64,000 bases of DNA, from NCBI GenBank assembly GCA_965233585.1, contig CBDDTI010000747.1:224001-288000 (forward strand), written 5' to 3'. Both the position numbers and the translations under genes were made by a program. This document shows positions 47,019 through 57,822 of the stretch, piece by piece. Source of the DNA: a bacterium (GTDB lineage: Bacteria > SAR324 > NAC60-12). Each line of letters begins with the position of its first letter. Position 1 is the first letter of the stretch. Below the pieces are notes generated by a model. It was given only the letters and a program-made list of their open reading frames with translations, made no database searches and was not told the DNA's origin.

Positions 47019-48581
47019 TTACTTCAAACTAATCCACCTTGAACGATGAATGTCCATAATGTTATCTTCATAACCTGTAACATTCGGTTTCACCAATGAT
47101 GCAGAAACATAGTAGTAGATTGGAATCGTGGCAAAGTTGCCCAAAACCATTTTTTCTGCTTCTGCCAGTTTGACTGCACGTTGATCCAGATTTGTCATCT
47201 TTTTCGCTTCAGTCATTAAGCCATTAAATTTTGCATTTTTCCAACGTCCGTAGTTGTATTGATTGTCTCCAAACAAATCCAAAAAGGTTGTTGGGTCATT
47301 GTAGTCTCCAATCCACCCTGCACGTGCGACTTCAAACTCTCCATTGGTCAAATCGGCATAATGGACTTTTGCCTCCTGATTAAAGAAAGAAACTTTGACG
47401 TGGATTTGCTTCCACATGCTAGAAATTGCCACAGCCACTTTTTTATGTGCTTCACTGGTGTTGTATTTTAACTCCATTTCAAGCGGTTTAGATTTGGAAT
47501 ACCCGGCTTGTTCCATCAACATCTTCGCACGTTTGAGACGTTCAGATTGAGACATCTTCTTAAATTCAAATTCAGGCACAGAAGAAACATAGTTGTTGAT
47601 TCCAAGAGGAACGTAACTATAAGCGGGGACTTGTCCTTCTCCCAGAATTTTATTTGAAATCACCTCACGGTTGATGGCAAGGTTCAACGCCTCCCTGACA
47701 CGGACATCTTTGATTTTTTGGGTATTGAGTGGGTAATAGTAAGTGCCTAAGTAAGGTGCCACACGGAATTGAGAGCCAAACTCTTGGCGGATTTTCTTTG
47801 CCTGCCCAGAAGGAACTTCTTTGGTAATATGAAGCTCACCTGCACGGTAACGTTTAAACTCAGCATGACGGTCTTCTGTCGGATAATAGTACACCACATC
47901 TAATTTGACATTCTTAGCATCAAAAAATTGAGGGTTACGCATCAGCTTGATATGAGATTGAGGCTCCCATTCTGCAACATTGAATGCACCACTGACCACC
48001 ATTGTCCCAGGCTTTGCCCAAGAGCTTCCATGTTTTTTGACAACATGTTCAGGCACCGCCCAAGACGTGTAATGTGTCAACTGTTCCAAAAAGAACGGAG
48101 TTACTTCTCCCAAGGTGATTCGCAGAGTTTTTGAATCAATCGCCTTGACTCCCAACGTCTCTATATCTTTCGTTCCCTTGTTAATATCCTCTGCATTTTG
48201 AATGGGGTACAAAATGAAGGCATACTTTGCTGCAGTTTCAGGCTTCAAGATACGTTTGAGTGAGAACTCAAAATCATTTGCCGTAATCTTCTTGCCATCA
48301 GACCACTTGGCATCACGAATTTTGAAGGTGTAAGTGCGACCTTCTTTTGAGATTGTCCAGCTTTTTGCAAGACCGGGAATAACTTTCCCTTTGGCATTGT
48401 AAGTCGTTAGTCCCATCATCATGTCACCAATGATGTTGTTCTCCCAAACACCACTGGCAAAGTGGGGGTCAAGGGTTGCGGGTTCTGCACCGTTACCACG
48501 ATGAAGAATCTTTTCTGCCATTGCTGCCGAGAATCCCATCGTCAAGGCAGCACCAACTGCAATCGTTTTTCTCATTTTCAT
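47019..48581 (-). CDS. oppA: Oligopeptide ABC transporter substrate-binding protein
   Basis: GAEPATLDPH, YTFKIRDAKWSDG, RAGWIGDYNDP. Confidence 0.92.
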   Translation of the reverse strand: MKMRKTIAVGAALTMGFSAAMAEKILHRGNGAEPATLDPHFASGVWENNIIGDMMMGLTTYNAKGKVIPGLAKSWTISKEGRTYTFKIRDAKWSDGKKITANDFEFSLKRILKPETAAKYAFILYPIQNAEDINKGTKDIETLGVKAIDSKTLRITLGEVTPFFLEQLTHYTSWAVPEHVVKKHGSSWAKPGTMVVSGAFNVAEWEPQSHIKLMRNPQFFDAKNVKLDVVYYYPTEDRHAEFKRYRAGELHITKEVPSGQAKKIRQEFGSQFRVAPYLGTYYYPLNTQKIKDVRVREALNLAINREVISNKILGEGQVPAYSYVPLGINNYVSSVPEFEFKKMSQSERLKRAKMLMEQAGYSKSKPLEMELKYNTSEAHKKVAVAISSMWKQIHVKVSFFNQEAKVHYADLTNGEFEVARAGWIGDYNDPTTFLDLFGDNQYNYGRWKNAKFNGLMTEAKKMTNLDQRAVKLAEAEKMVLGNFATIPIYYYVSASLVKPNVTGYEDNIMDIHRSRWISLK

Positions 48582-48971
48582 AAAAATGAATCTCCTAAAT
48601 TAAGGTGGTTAATTAAAAAGTCAAAAATATAAAACCTCTAACCTGAAATGACAAGAGTTTTTTAACAAATTTTTCACAGAATCTCAAAAAAAGAAGCCTC
48701 ACAAAGTAATCGTGGGGAATCTTTCATACTCTTTTTGACGATGGATTCAGAATTTACGCAGGAACGTCAAAGAAGTATGATGTGGATTTTTGTTTTTAGA
48801 ATAAAAATAAATATAAATTTAAAAAACTATGCTTCACTCACAATGCCAAAGAGGCGAAACATTGACCCTGCCACATGAGCAATTTGGCATCAGTTTAGAG
48901 AAACCTCAAAATCCATGATATGATGGAACTATTCGCTAAGGGTGAACATCTTGATTTTTGTGTCCTACACC

Positions 48972-49913
48972 ATGCCTCAAAGAATTTGTTATCCGTTCTT
49001 TTCTTTTTTGATTCTTTGTTTGTCTCTTTCAGCCAGTTTATTTGCACAAGAAATTGTCTCTTTTGATGTAACACCCGAAGAGACGACTTTGGGTGCGGTT
49101 GTGAAATATGAGGCAACGATAGAGTTTACTGAAGAAGTCAGTTTGTCTGAACCAGAATGGGGGCAGATGACGTGGGCAGAGTTTGAAAGTGTTGAGAATG
49201 GAAAGCCTGTTGACCCTGACCTCTTTCAAAAAATTTGGCACATCAGCAAGATTTTCTATGTTCTTGAAGAAGGTCAGCATCAAATTCCATCATTTGAGTT
49301 GTTGGCAAAATCCCGCACAGGCAAAGAGTTTAGTGCCAAACTGCCTCAAAAACAGCTCACAGTCAAAACTCTCTGGAGTCAGCAAGAACCTCCCCAACTG
49401 AAGCCTTTTAAAGTCATTCCCATTATTGAAGATTCGTCACAAAAACTTTGGTTGACAGGGGGGGCTATTGGCTTGGTAATTTTGCTAATTGCAGTGTTTG
49501 TGTTTTGGAAAAATCGCCAAAAAAGCTCAAACACAGAACCAGTCCGTTCTGCCAGAGACATCTTGCTCCAAAGTCTCAACGCACTACAAGTTGAAGATAC
49601 CCAACAACCCTTAGAACACTCCCAGTATGCCGCAAGACTCTATGGCGTGGTCAAACAAGCACTGGCTGTCAAAACTGCATCGCAAGTGGAATCTATGACC
49701 CAACAGGAAATCAAGGAATTGCTTCCCCGTTTTTTTGATCAAGAACAGATTCAACGGGTTTCAAAAATTCTCAATTTTCTTGAATCCATTCAGTATGCTA
49801 GAATAGACCTCAGCCTTTCAGAAAAAGACCAAATGACTCAACAAACTGCGGAGTGGATTCGTTTATGCACCCAGCCATCAGATGACAACATCAATGCCCC
49901 TCAAACATTATGA
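48972..49913 (+). CDS. Bat-locus membrane protein (BatD-like)
   Basis: Signal peptide, Ig-like region, single TM, ESMT.QE motif; immediately before batA. Confidence 0.55.
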   Translation: MPQRICYPFFSFLILCLSLSASLFAQEIVSFDVTPEETTLGAVVKYEATIEFTEEVSLSEPEWGQMTWAEFESVENGKPVDPDLFQKIWHISKIFYVLEEGQHQIPSFELLAKSRTGKEFSAKLPQKQLTVKTLWSQQEPPQLKPFKVIPIIEDSSQKLWLTGGAIGLVILLIAVFVFWKNRQKSSNTEPVRSARDILLQSLNALQVEDTQQPLEHSQYAARLYGVVKQALAVKTASQVESMTQQEIKELLPRFFDQEQIQRVSKILNFLESIQYARIDLSLSEKDQMTQQTAEWIRLCTQPSDDNINAPQTL

Positions 49914-50887
49914 GATTTGAAAGCCCTTGGTTCTTAGTGTTGATTGCTTTGATTCCCTTGCTCAAGTTTCTCCAAATCCAATATTCCAAAACTTCCTATA
50001 TTTTATATTCTAGTACAAAACTCATAGAAGCCCATCAAGTCAGGCAATGGTATCGTTGGCTTCCTTTACGCGAATTGGCTTTGCTTTTTCTCATCTTGGC
50101 ACTGGCTCGCCCACAAAGTGGACGTTCATTGATAGAGGTTGTTTCAGAAGGAGTTGACATCATGCTGGCAGTAGATACTTCAGGCAGTATGCAGGCACTA
50201 GATTTAAAGGTTGATGGGGAACGAGTTACACGTCTTGATGCAGTCAAAGTGGCAGTAGAAGTCTTTATCAACAACCGTACTCATGACAGACTGGGACTAG
50301 CAGTTTTTGGGGAAGAAGCATTCACTCATGCCCCTCTAACCAGAGACCATAACGTTTTAAAAGAGTTGCTCAAACAAGCCTTTATTGGCATGGCAGGTCA
50401 AAAGACAGCGATTGGTTCTGCCATTGTTATTTCTGCTAAAAGGTTAAAAGACCTTGATGCGAAGGAACGCGTCATGATTTTGCTCACAGATGGAGAAAAC
50501 ACAGCAGGTCAGGTGACTCCGTTACAAGCGGCAAAAGCGGCAAAAGAATTGGGAATACGGATTTACACGATTGGAATTGGTTCAGAAGGCAGGGCGCCTA
50601 TCAAAGTCCCGGGCTTATTTGGTGAAGAAATACGTTACGTCAACGTCCGTCTTGATGAAAAATTATTGTATGACATCGCCCAAGAAACAGGGGGGCAGTA
50701 CTTCCGTGTCAACAGCACAGAGGAGCTTAACAAGGTGTATCTTGCCATTGATGAGCTTGAAAAAACAGAAGCTAAAACCCGAGAATATCACGAATATCAA
50801 GAGCAATTTCATGTCTTTTTATGGGTTGCACTAGCTTTTTTTGTCTTGGAAGTCTTACTTGTTCTGTATCGCAGAAAAATTTATTGA
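49910..50887 (+). CDS. batA: BatA-like VWA-domain protein
   Basis: MRFESPW, ALARPQ, MIDAS DTSGSM, TAIG, LLTDGEN, IYTIGIG, TGGQYF. Confidence 0.88.
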   Translation: MRFESPWFLVLIALIPLLKFLQIQYSKTSYILYSSTKLIEAHQVRQWYRWLPLRELALLFLILALARPQSGRSLIEVVSEGVDIMLAVDTSGSMQALDLKVDGERVTRLDAVKVAVEVFINNRTHDRLGLAVFGEEAFTHAPLTRDHNVLKELLKQAFIGMAGQKTAIGSAIVISAKRLKDLDAKERVMILLTDGENTAGQVTPLQAAKAAKELGIRIYTIGIGSEGRAPIKVPGLFGEEIRYVNVRLDEKLLYDIAQETGGQYFRVNSTEELNKVYLAIDELEKTEAKTREYHEYQEQFHVFLWVALAFFVLEVLLVLYRRKIY

Positions 50888-50891
50888 TCCT

Positions 50892-53438
50892 ATGACCTCA
50901 TTGAAAAACTTGACCCTTGTTTTGTTGCTGATACTGCTTTTACCAAGTATCAGCTATTCAGAATCCAGCGGGCAAAGGCTCAAACGCATTCTCAAATCTT
51001 TTGAAATCTACCCAACACACTGGCTGCCTCATATCCAACTTGCTCGCTTTTATCTTGAGCAAGGCTCATTGTCTCTGGCAATCAAAACTTTGCAAGACTC
51101 CGCTGCCAAATTTCCTGACCACATTCCAATCAAGCAAGAGATGGCAAGACTTTATCAGCAAATTGGCTCAAGTCAAGAAGCACTGAAAATTTACCAAGAT
51201 TTGCAACAACGTTTCCCAAAGGATCAAGACATTTTCTTGCAATACATTAAATTACTTATCAGCATGAACAGAGTCAGGCAAGCAGAAAGTCAATTAGTGC
51301 AATTTCTTGATGAGAAGCCAAACTCTTTCCAAGCCTTACTGTTGATGGGGACGTTGAAGTATCGGCAAAAGAGGAATCAAGAAGCATTAGCTTACCTCTT
51401 GCGTTCAGCAACACTTCGCAGTAGTAGTGAAACGTGGCGTTGGTTAAGTCTGGTTTGGTATCAACTTCGGCAAGTAGATTCTGCCATTAAAGCTGCTGAG
51501 GAGTCTCTGCGTTTGAATCCGACAGAAGCTGTTACAGTTGAGCTTTACACCGAATATCTGTACGTTGCCAAAAAGTTTGACAAACTTGGAAAAATCCTTG
51601 TTCAATCCCAAGAACGTTTCGGTCAGGAAACTTGGTTTCTCATCGCAAAAGGCTCTTATGCTTTTGAAGTTGGTCAATTTGCAGAAGCTGAAGAAGCCTT
51701 TGCCAAGGCTTATCGTCTTGAGCCAACAGAGTTAAAAGTCGTCTTAGCATTAAGCACTTTTTATATTAAACAAAAGCAACTTGATGAAAACATTACCATC
51801 TTACAAAAAAGTTTAACGCATCACCGAAATAGCGAAATTTACCGCAGAATTGCAACAAGCTACAAATTGCTTGGGCAATTCAAAAATGCTAATCGCTATT
51901 ATGAGCTGTTGGTCAACACCGAAAGAAGCCATGCACAAGATTTTTTAAATGCCGCACAACTGGCATGGGTGACAAAAGATTTTTTAAATGCAGAATTTTA
52001 CTTGATGCAGGGAACTCTCAAGTTTCCTCAATCCCTTCCTCTAGGACTTGAACTGGCAAGGTTTTACATCTTAGAACAAAGACCTGATGACGCACGCCCT
52101 GTCTTTGAACAACTTAAAACCAAGCATTCGCAAAATCCACTGGTCTTGGCACTTTTTGGACTATTTGAAAAATCGCAAAAACAACTTGAATCCAGTGCAA
52201 CTTTATTTCAAAGTGCATCTCTTTGGGACCCTAAACTGCTTTGGGTGAGGGGTGAGTATATCTCAGTTTTGTTGGACTTAAAAAAGACCAAAGAAGCCAT
52301 CAAAGAGCTGAAAAGTTTGATTCGTGATGTGCCAAAAAATGTTTGGGCATATCACCGATTGCACCAGTTGTATTTAGAACAGAATCAAGACTTTCAAGCC
52401 AAGTCATTACAAGAACAAGCCAGTCTTTTTTTGGGAGATGGTCATGTTGTGACGCTAGAACTTCAAGCAAACTTTGCCTTCTCACAAAAAAAATATGCTG
52501 AGGCTCTTGAACTCTATCAGTTGATTTTGTGGCAAGAACCGACGAATCAAGGTGTGATGAGGCACATTGGATTTTCACAATTTCACCTTGGCGAACTGGA
52601 AAAAGCCCAAGAATTTTTGAAGGCAGGGCTTGAGTTTAGAAGCATTAATACAGAATACTGGCTTTATTGGGGGGCAATCCAAGAAGACCAAAATTGGCTC
52701 AACGCTCAACAACAAAAACGACTCAGAAATCTGTTACAAACGACATCTTTTCAAGAAAGGCTAGCTATTTTTGAAAAGATGCCATTCCCTGACACAGACT
52801 CTCAAACGGCGTGGAGCGAGGTGTTTCATGGTCTCATGGCTCAACAAGAAGACGACTTACAAACAGCTAGAAAACACTATCAAAATGCTAACAAACTCTT
52901 GCCAAACCAAGCTATTGTTCTTGCACTTCTTGGAATTGTTGCAGACCAATCTGAAAAGCCACTTGAGGCGATTCAATACTACAAAGATGCAAGCATTGCC
53001 GATGATTTGTGGTTGAAGACAAGGCTTGCTATGTTACTGGGAGAAGTTGGTGAATTTGAAGAAGGGATTGAGATTTTTCAAAGTTTGTTGCAGGGTCATC
53101 CGCAGGAAGCCTCTTTGCTCAACAACATTGCATGGCTTCAGATTACCCGACCAGATGTTTCTGACCAAACACGTAAAGAAGCCCTGAAGTTGGCGACGCA
53201 AGCTGTCAAACTTGTGCCTTCTCCTGAATATTTAGACACATTGGCAGAAGCCTACTTTCAGCTAGGAGACATAGAAAAAGCGCTTGAACTGATTGAGCAA
53301 GCTCAAAAGCAAAGTTTCCGTGAAACTGAACAATATTTTTACATGTTAAGACAGTCTTACAGATTTTTAAAATCCACTCCCGCTCAACCGCCTTCTAACC
53401 CAACCTACCAAAATTTTAAAAAAGAAACTGATGATTGA
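50892..53438 (+). CDS. Exported tetratricopeptide-repeat protein
   Basis: Signal peptide, many TPR-like helices, LNNIAW...YLDTLAEAYF. Confidence 0.85.
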   Translation: MTSLKNLTLVLLLILLLPSISYSESSGQRLKRILKSFEIYPTHWLPHIQLARFYLEQGSLSLAIKTLQDSAAKFPDHIPIKQEMARLYQQIGSSQEALKIYQDLQQRFPKDQDIFLQYIKLLISMNRVRQAESQLVQFLDEKPNSFQALLLMGTLKYRQKRNQEALAYLLRSATLRSSSETWRWLSLVWYQLRQVDSAIKAAEESLRLNPTEAVTVELYTEYLYVAKKFDKLGKILVQSQERFGQETWFLIAKGSYAFEVGQFAEAEEAFAKAYRLEPTELKVVLALSTFYIKQKQLDENITILQKSLTHHRNSEIYRRIATSYKLLGQFKNANRYYELLVNTERSHAQDFLNAAQLAWVTKDFLNAEFYLMQGTLKFPQSLPLGLELARFYILEQRPDDARPVFEQLKTKHSQNPLVLALFGLFEKSQKQLESSATLFQSASLWDPKLLWVRGEYISVLLDLKKTKEAIKELKSLIRDVPKNVWAYHRLHQLYLEQNQDFQAKSLQEQASLFLGDGHVVTLELQANFAFSQKKYAEALELYQLILWQEPTNQGVMRHIGFSQFHLGELEKAQEFLKAGLEFRSINTEYWLYWGAIQEDQNWLNAQQQKRLRNLLQTTSFQERLAIFEKMPFPDTDSQTAWSEVFHGLMAQQEDDLQTARKHYQNANKLLPNQAIVLALLGIVADQSEKPLEAIQYYKDASIADDLWLKTRLAMLLGEVGEFEEGIEIFQSLLQGHPQEASLLNNIAWLQITRPDVSDQTRKEALKLATQAVKLVPSPEYLDTLAEAYFQLGDIEKALELIEQAQKQSFRETEQYFYMLRQSYRFLKSTPAQPPSNPTYQNFKKETDD

Positions 53439-54282
53439 CCCAGCTCTTTTACAACAAGCCAGACAGATTCAATGGACTGCAAGGCACATTGCAACTGCAC
53501 AGTTGCAAGGGAATTATCATAGTTTTTTTAAGGGAACAGGAATGGAATTTTCTCAATCCCGTGAATACATTGAAGGAGACGATGCTCGTCATTTGGATTG
53601 GAACGTGACAGCTAGAATGGGCAAACCGTTTGTCAAACAATACCAAGAAGAGCGGGAGATTGTCCTCATGCTTGCCATTGACGTGAGCAGAAGCAATCAG
53701 TTTGGGACAAAATCACGTTTCAAAAATGAACTCATCGCAGAATTTGCCGCTGTGATTGCTTATGCTGCGATGGATAATGGAGATAAAGTGGGTTTGATTG
53801 CATTTTCTGACCAAATTGAGGCTTATCTGAAACCTTGTCGCGGAAGTGTTGCTGTTTGGCAAGTCATTCGCACCATTTTACAAATTCAACCTCAACAACA
53901 TGCCGCAGATTTAAATGTAGGTCTTAACTTTTTACATACCTCTTTAAAATCTCATACAAATTTATTTCTCATTTCAGATTTTTTAGCAACAGATTTTGAG
54001 AAAAACCTATCTGCTTTGAGACAAAGGCATCATATCACAGCTATTATGGCATCAGATTCGGCAGAACAATCTTTGCCTAACATTGGAGAATTGACCTTTA
54101 AAGACCAAGAAACAGGGCATCTGGTTTCTGTTGCAACAGGAGCTTTTTTGAAAAGCCGTCACAATTCTATCCAACAGTTGCAACAGTTTTTTAAATCGTA
54201 CAAAATTGATTTTTTGCAGATCTACCCAGACCAACCCTACATGAATGACTTGCTCAAACTTTTTCATTCAAAGGCTAGCTAG
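53431..54282 (+). CDS. DUF58-family protein (MoxR-associated)
   Basis: GTGMEF...REY..GDD.R..DWNVTAR, IDVSRS, LISDF. Confidence 0.9.
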   Translation: MIDPALLQQARQIQWTARHIATAQLQGNYHSFFKGTGMEFSQSREYIEGDDARHLDWNVTARMGKPFVKQYQEEREIVLMLAIDVSRSNQFGTKSRFKNELIAEFAAVIAYAAMDNGDKVGLIAFSDQIEAYLKPCRGSVAVWQVIRTILQIQPQQHAADLNVGLNFLHTSLKSHTNLFLISDFLATDFEKNLSALRQRHHITAIMASDSAEQSLPNIGELTFKDQETGHLVSVATGAFLKSRHNSIQQLQQFFKSYKIDFLQIYPDQPYMNDLLKLFHSKAS

Positions 54283-54335
54283 GTCAAAAAACACAATCAA
54301 GCACAATAAACTTGAAAAATCTAAGTTGCTAGGCA

Positions 54336-55184
54336 ATGAACCAATTAAATCAGAATCAATATCATAATAAAATTATTCATGGAGATACTTTAGAGATAAT
54401 ACAAAATATTGCTGATGATTCTATAAATTTAATTCTAACCAGTCCTCCTTATTTTGGCGCAAGAGTCTATGGTAATGAAACATTGGGCAGAGAAGAAAAC
54501 CCAAGAGACTACATTGAAAATTTATTAAAATTCACTTTAGAGTTTAAAAGAGTTCTACACAGAGAAGGTTCTTTTTATCTCAATATAGGAGATATGTATT
54601 TTGGTACAAAAGGTTTTGTCAGAAACAAGGGAAAATACGCAAGAAAAACAGATAAGCATTATAAAGAACATAAAATCATAAAGCCTGATGGAAAATATTT
54701 GCAAAATAAACAGTTATTGATGTTGCCTGAAAGGGTAGCAATAGGTATGCAAGAACAAGGCTGGATTTTAAGAAATAAAATTATATGGGAAAAACCTAAT
54801 CCTGTTCCAAGTTATTCTCCAGATAGACGCTACCCTGTGTATGAGCATTTTTTTCATTTTGTTAAATCAAGGAAATATTACTTTGATTTGAATAAAGCAA
54901 AAGAATTAAACCATCATAGAGATGTGATCAGAAATGGGATAGAACCTTTTAAAAAACATCAAGCAACTTTCCCTTTGTCTTTAATAAAACCTTTCATCTT
55001 AATCACTTCCAAAAAAAGTGATTTGGTGTTGGATCCTTTCATGGGGAGTGGCACTACAGCATTGGCTTGTGTAGAATTAGAAAGAAATTACTTAGGTTTT
55101 GAGATAAATAAAGAATATTGTCAGTATTCCATAGAACAAATCAAAAATGCTGTGGAAAGTAAAGAAAATCAACTCTTTAAATAG
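54336..55184 (+). CDS. Beta-class DNA amino-methyltransferase (SPPY, probably N4-cytosine)
   Basis: Motif IV TSPPY precedes motif I VLDPFMGSGTT; H.ATFP; AT-rich. Confidence 0.88.
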   Translation: MNQLNQNQYHNKIIHGDTLEIIQNIADDSINLILTSPPYFGARVYGNETLGREENPRDYIENLLKFTLEFKRVLHREGSFYLNIGDMYFGTKGFVRNKGKYARKTDKHYKEHKIIKPDGKYLQNKQLLMLPERVAIGMQEQGWILRNKIIWEKPNPVPSYSPDRRYPVYEHFFHFVKSRKYYFDLNKAKELNHHRDVIRNGIEPFKKHQATFPLSLIKPFILITSKKSDLVLDPFMGSGTTALACVELERNYLGFEINKEYCQYSIEQIKNAVESKENQLFK

Positions 55185-55185
55185 T

Positions 55186-56319
55186 ATGATTATCCATTCT
55201 TTTAGTGAGACACAAGTCAATTTGTATGTTAAATATATTCAATGTATTGCTTCATTGTCAGGCTTATTTAGTGAAAGTAAAACTCCATTTTTGCATTATA
55301 GAACAGCAGAGAATATTTTTTGTAAATCGTTTAATGCAGAGAATTTATCAAGAATGGATACTGCGTATGATGCAAAATTAGATTCAATAGGAATCGGATT
55401 AAAAACATTTCATTTTTCCAGCAATAAAAGTAGAGAAAAAATAGCTGAATTTAATACACATAGCCACGATTTGAGAAAACTTAATAACGATGATTTAGTT
55501 AAAAATCTGGCATATTTAAGAAACGAAAGAATTTCTTTTGCGAATAGAACATACGGAATTAAAGAATCTATTTATCATTGTTTAGGAAGACAAGAAAACT
55601 CTATCAAGATATTTGAAACTGAATACAAAAAAATAGATATAAATACTATAAAAAACATAAAAAGAGAAAAATCAAGTTTATTTTTTGAAGATAGTGAAAA
55701 TGAATACTCTTATAATTTTTCCAAAAGTACACTTTATCGCAAATTTTACTCTCAACCTGACTCAATAGATGTTCCTATACACATTATCAAAGACCCCTAT
55801 GATTTGATATTAAAACTACTTGACAATTATACAGAAAAGCAAGCGAGGTTAGAAAATGTCATTCTACCGCTATACGCCACTAGAAATACAAGAGAAAAAA
55901 AAGTACAAGAGAAAAGTGCCTTAAACCATTGGAATGCTGGAGGAAGAAAACGAAATTTTGGAGAAGTCTATATTCCTATCCCCAGAAAAATATATCAATT
56001 TTATCCTAATTTTTTCCCAACCCTAGATAGCACATTTAATCTTATTTTACCTGATAAAAATGAACTAAGTTGCAAAGTCTGTCAAGAAGGAGGCAAGGCT
56101 TTAATGTCCAATCCCAATCATGCACTATCCGAATGGCTTTTGAGAAAAGTATTGCTGCTTAAAGAAGGGGAGTTATTGACTTATGAACACCTTAGAAAAA
56201 TAGGAATAGACAGCGTTAAAATCACAAAAATAAATGAAAAAAACTTTAAAATTGACTTTGCTAAAATAGGTAGTTATGAAAATTTTATTTTAAACCCAAG
56301 TGGCTGGGCATTGTTTTGA
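55186..56319 (+). CDS. Probable type II restriction endonuclease (NgoFVII-like family by eye)
   Basis: Adjacent to MTase; YDAK...GIGLKTF, KIAEFN, NFSKSTL, SALNHWNAGGR...EVYIPIP, KALMSNPN. Confidence 0.65.
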   Translation: MIIHSFSETQVNLYVKYIQCIASLSGLFSESKTPFLHYRTAENIFCKSFNAENLSRMDTAYDAKLDSIGIGLKTFHFSSNKSREKIAEFNTHSHDLRKLNNDDLVKNLAYLRNERISFANRTYGIKESIYHCLGRQENSIKIFETEYKKIDINTIKNIKREKSSLFFEDSENEYSYNFSKSTLYRKFYSQPDSIDVPIHIIKDPYDLILKLLDNYTEKQARLENVILPLYATRNTREKKVQEKSALNHWNAGGRKRNFGEVYIPIPRKIYQFYPNFFPTLDSTFNLILPDKNELSCKVCQEGGKALMSNPNHALSEWLLRKVLLLKEGELLTYEHLRKIGIDSVKITKINEKNFKIDFAKIGSYENFILNPSGWALF

Positions 56320-56411
56320 GAATGTTGACTTAAAGAGTGATACCAGAACATGACAACAACAAGAACCAAATCAATTATCAATAATCAAATCACTTACTTA
56401 AAAGGAGTTTT

Positions 56412-57440
56412 ATGGACAATCTGATGCAATCCTTAGTGAATGGGCACAACCTAGCACCCAAAGAGGTGCGTCAAATACTCAATCTGATGATGGAAGGGAA
56501 ACTCAACCCAATCAAAGCTGGGGCGTATCTTGCGCTGTTAGAAGCCAAAGGAGTTACAACTGAAGAGCTACAACATGCCATCTCTGCAATCTTGGAAAAA
56601 GCAGTCGCATTCAAAAAATTGCGTCCTGAAGCCATTGACACAGCAGGGACAGGGGGCAGTGGAATCAGTACCTTTAATATTTCAACATGTGCGGCGATTG
56701 CAGCAGCAGCCGCAGGGTTGCCAATCATCAAACATGGTAATCATAGTAACACTCGTGTCAGTGGCAGTGCCGATGTTCTCAAAACATTAGGAGTGAACAT
56801 TGATTTGACAGTGGAACAGGTAGAACAATGCTTTGACAAATTGAGCCTCTGTTTTTGCTATGCCATGAAACATCATCTTGCTATGGCAAATTGTGCAACA
56901 GTCCGCAAAGAGTTAGAAATCAACACCATTTTTAATTTGATTGGACCTTTGGCAAATCCTGCAGGGTCTAAAAATCAATTAATTGGTGTCTGCCACGCCT
57001 CAACAGCAAGTAAAATCATTCATGCGTTAACCAATCTTGGACACGAAAGAGTCATGGTCGTCAGCAATGATGACGGCTTGTGTGAGCTGACAACCACTTC
57101 ACTCAATGAACTTTTAATCTTGGAAGAAGGCACTATCTCTTCACGTAGGATTGATGCCAACGTTTTGGGACTTGGAGGGGGGAGTTTGCAAGAATGCTGT
57201 GTTTCTTCCCCCGCAGAGAGTGCCAAGATGATTTTGCGTATTTTTGAAGGTCAAGACACAGGCACTCCTTTTAAAATCGCATTGCTTAATATTGCCGCAA
57301 CTCTTGTTTTAGGAAAAAAAGTAGAGGATTTTGCAGACGGGATAGACCTTGCTAGAGACCTCATTAAAAATGGTCATGCTATGCAAAAACTACAAGATTT
57401 GATTCGCTACACAACCGAGATTGGGGACTCAAACTGTTGA
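56412..57440 (+). CDS. trpD: Anthranilate phosphoribosyltransferase
   Basis: DTAGTGG, TFNIST, KHGN, SGSADVL, TIFNLIGPLANP. Confidence 0.93.
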   Translation: MDNLMQSLVNGHNLAPKEVRQILNLMMEGKLNPIKAGAYLALLEAKGVTTEELQHAISAILEKAVAFKKLRPEAIDTAGTGGSGISTFNISTCAAIAAAAAGLPIIKHGNHSNTRVSGSADVLKTLGVNIDLTVEQVEQCFDKLSLCFCYAMKHHLAMANCATVRKELEINTIFNLIGPLANPAGSKNQLIGVCHASTASKIIHALTNLGHERVMVVSNDDGLCELTTTSLNELLILEEGTISSRRIDANVLGLGGGSLQECCVSSPAESAKMILRIFEGQDTGTPFKIALLNIAATLVLGKKVEDFADGIDLARDLIKNGHAMQKLQDLIRYTTEIGDSNC

Positions 57441-57818
57441 TGGTGAGTAAATCATTGCATAAGCAATGAAAACCCATGAGACAATGAAGCACAACCCGCC
57501 AATCGGAGTGATTGCCCCCAATATCTTGACTCCACTGATGGCTAGAATATACAAACTGCCTGAAAAGACCATGATACCTGAAAACATGAGCCAACCTGAC
57601 ACACGCAACAGGCTCAATTCAGGGCGAAGCATCAACAATACCCCAACCAATGCTAAGCCGAAGGTGTAATAGAATTGATATTGATTTGCAATTTGAAAAA
57701 CAGACATGGCATAGTCTGAAAGCCTACCTTTCAAAGCATGTGAACCAAAAGCCCCCAAACCTGTTGCCAATAGACCATTCAGCGATGCTAAGACTAAAAA
57801 AAGACGATAACTCTCCAT
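57429..57818 (-). CDS. DUF423 (YgdD/TMEM256) membrane protein
   Basis: GAFGSHAL, YQFY, GIMVFSGSLY, GAITPIGG; probable ATG 57818. Confidence 0.9.
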   Translation of the reverse strand: MESYRLFLVLASLNGLLATGLGAFGSHALKGRLSDYAMSVFQIANQYQFYYTFGLALVGVLLMLRPELSLLRVSGWLMFSGIMVFSGSLYILAISGVKILGAITPIGGLCFIVSWVFIAYAMIYSPSTV

Positions 57819-57822
57819 GACT

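Noticed and set aside
48842..48891. Hairpin ATGCCAAA...TTTGGCAT as a riboswitch
   Set aside because: No recognisable aptamer consensus; only a single 8-bp stem
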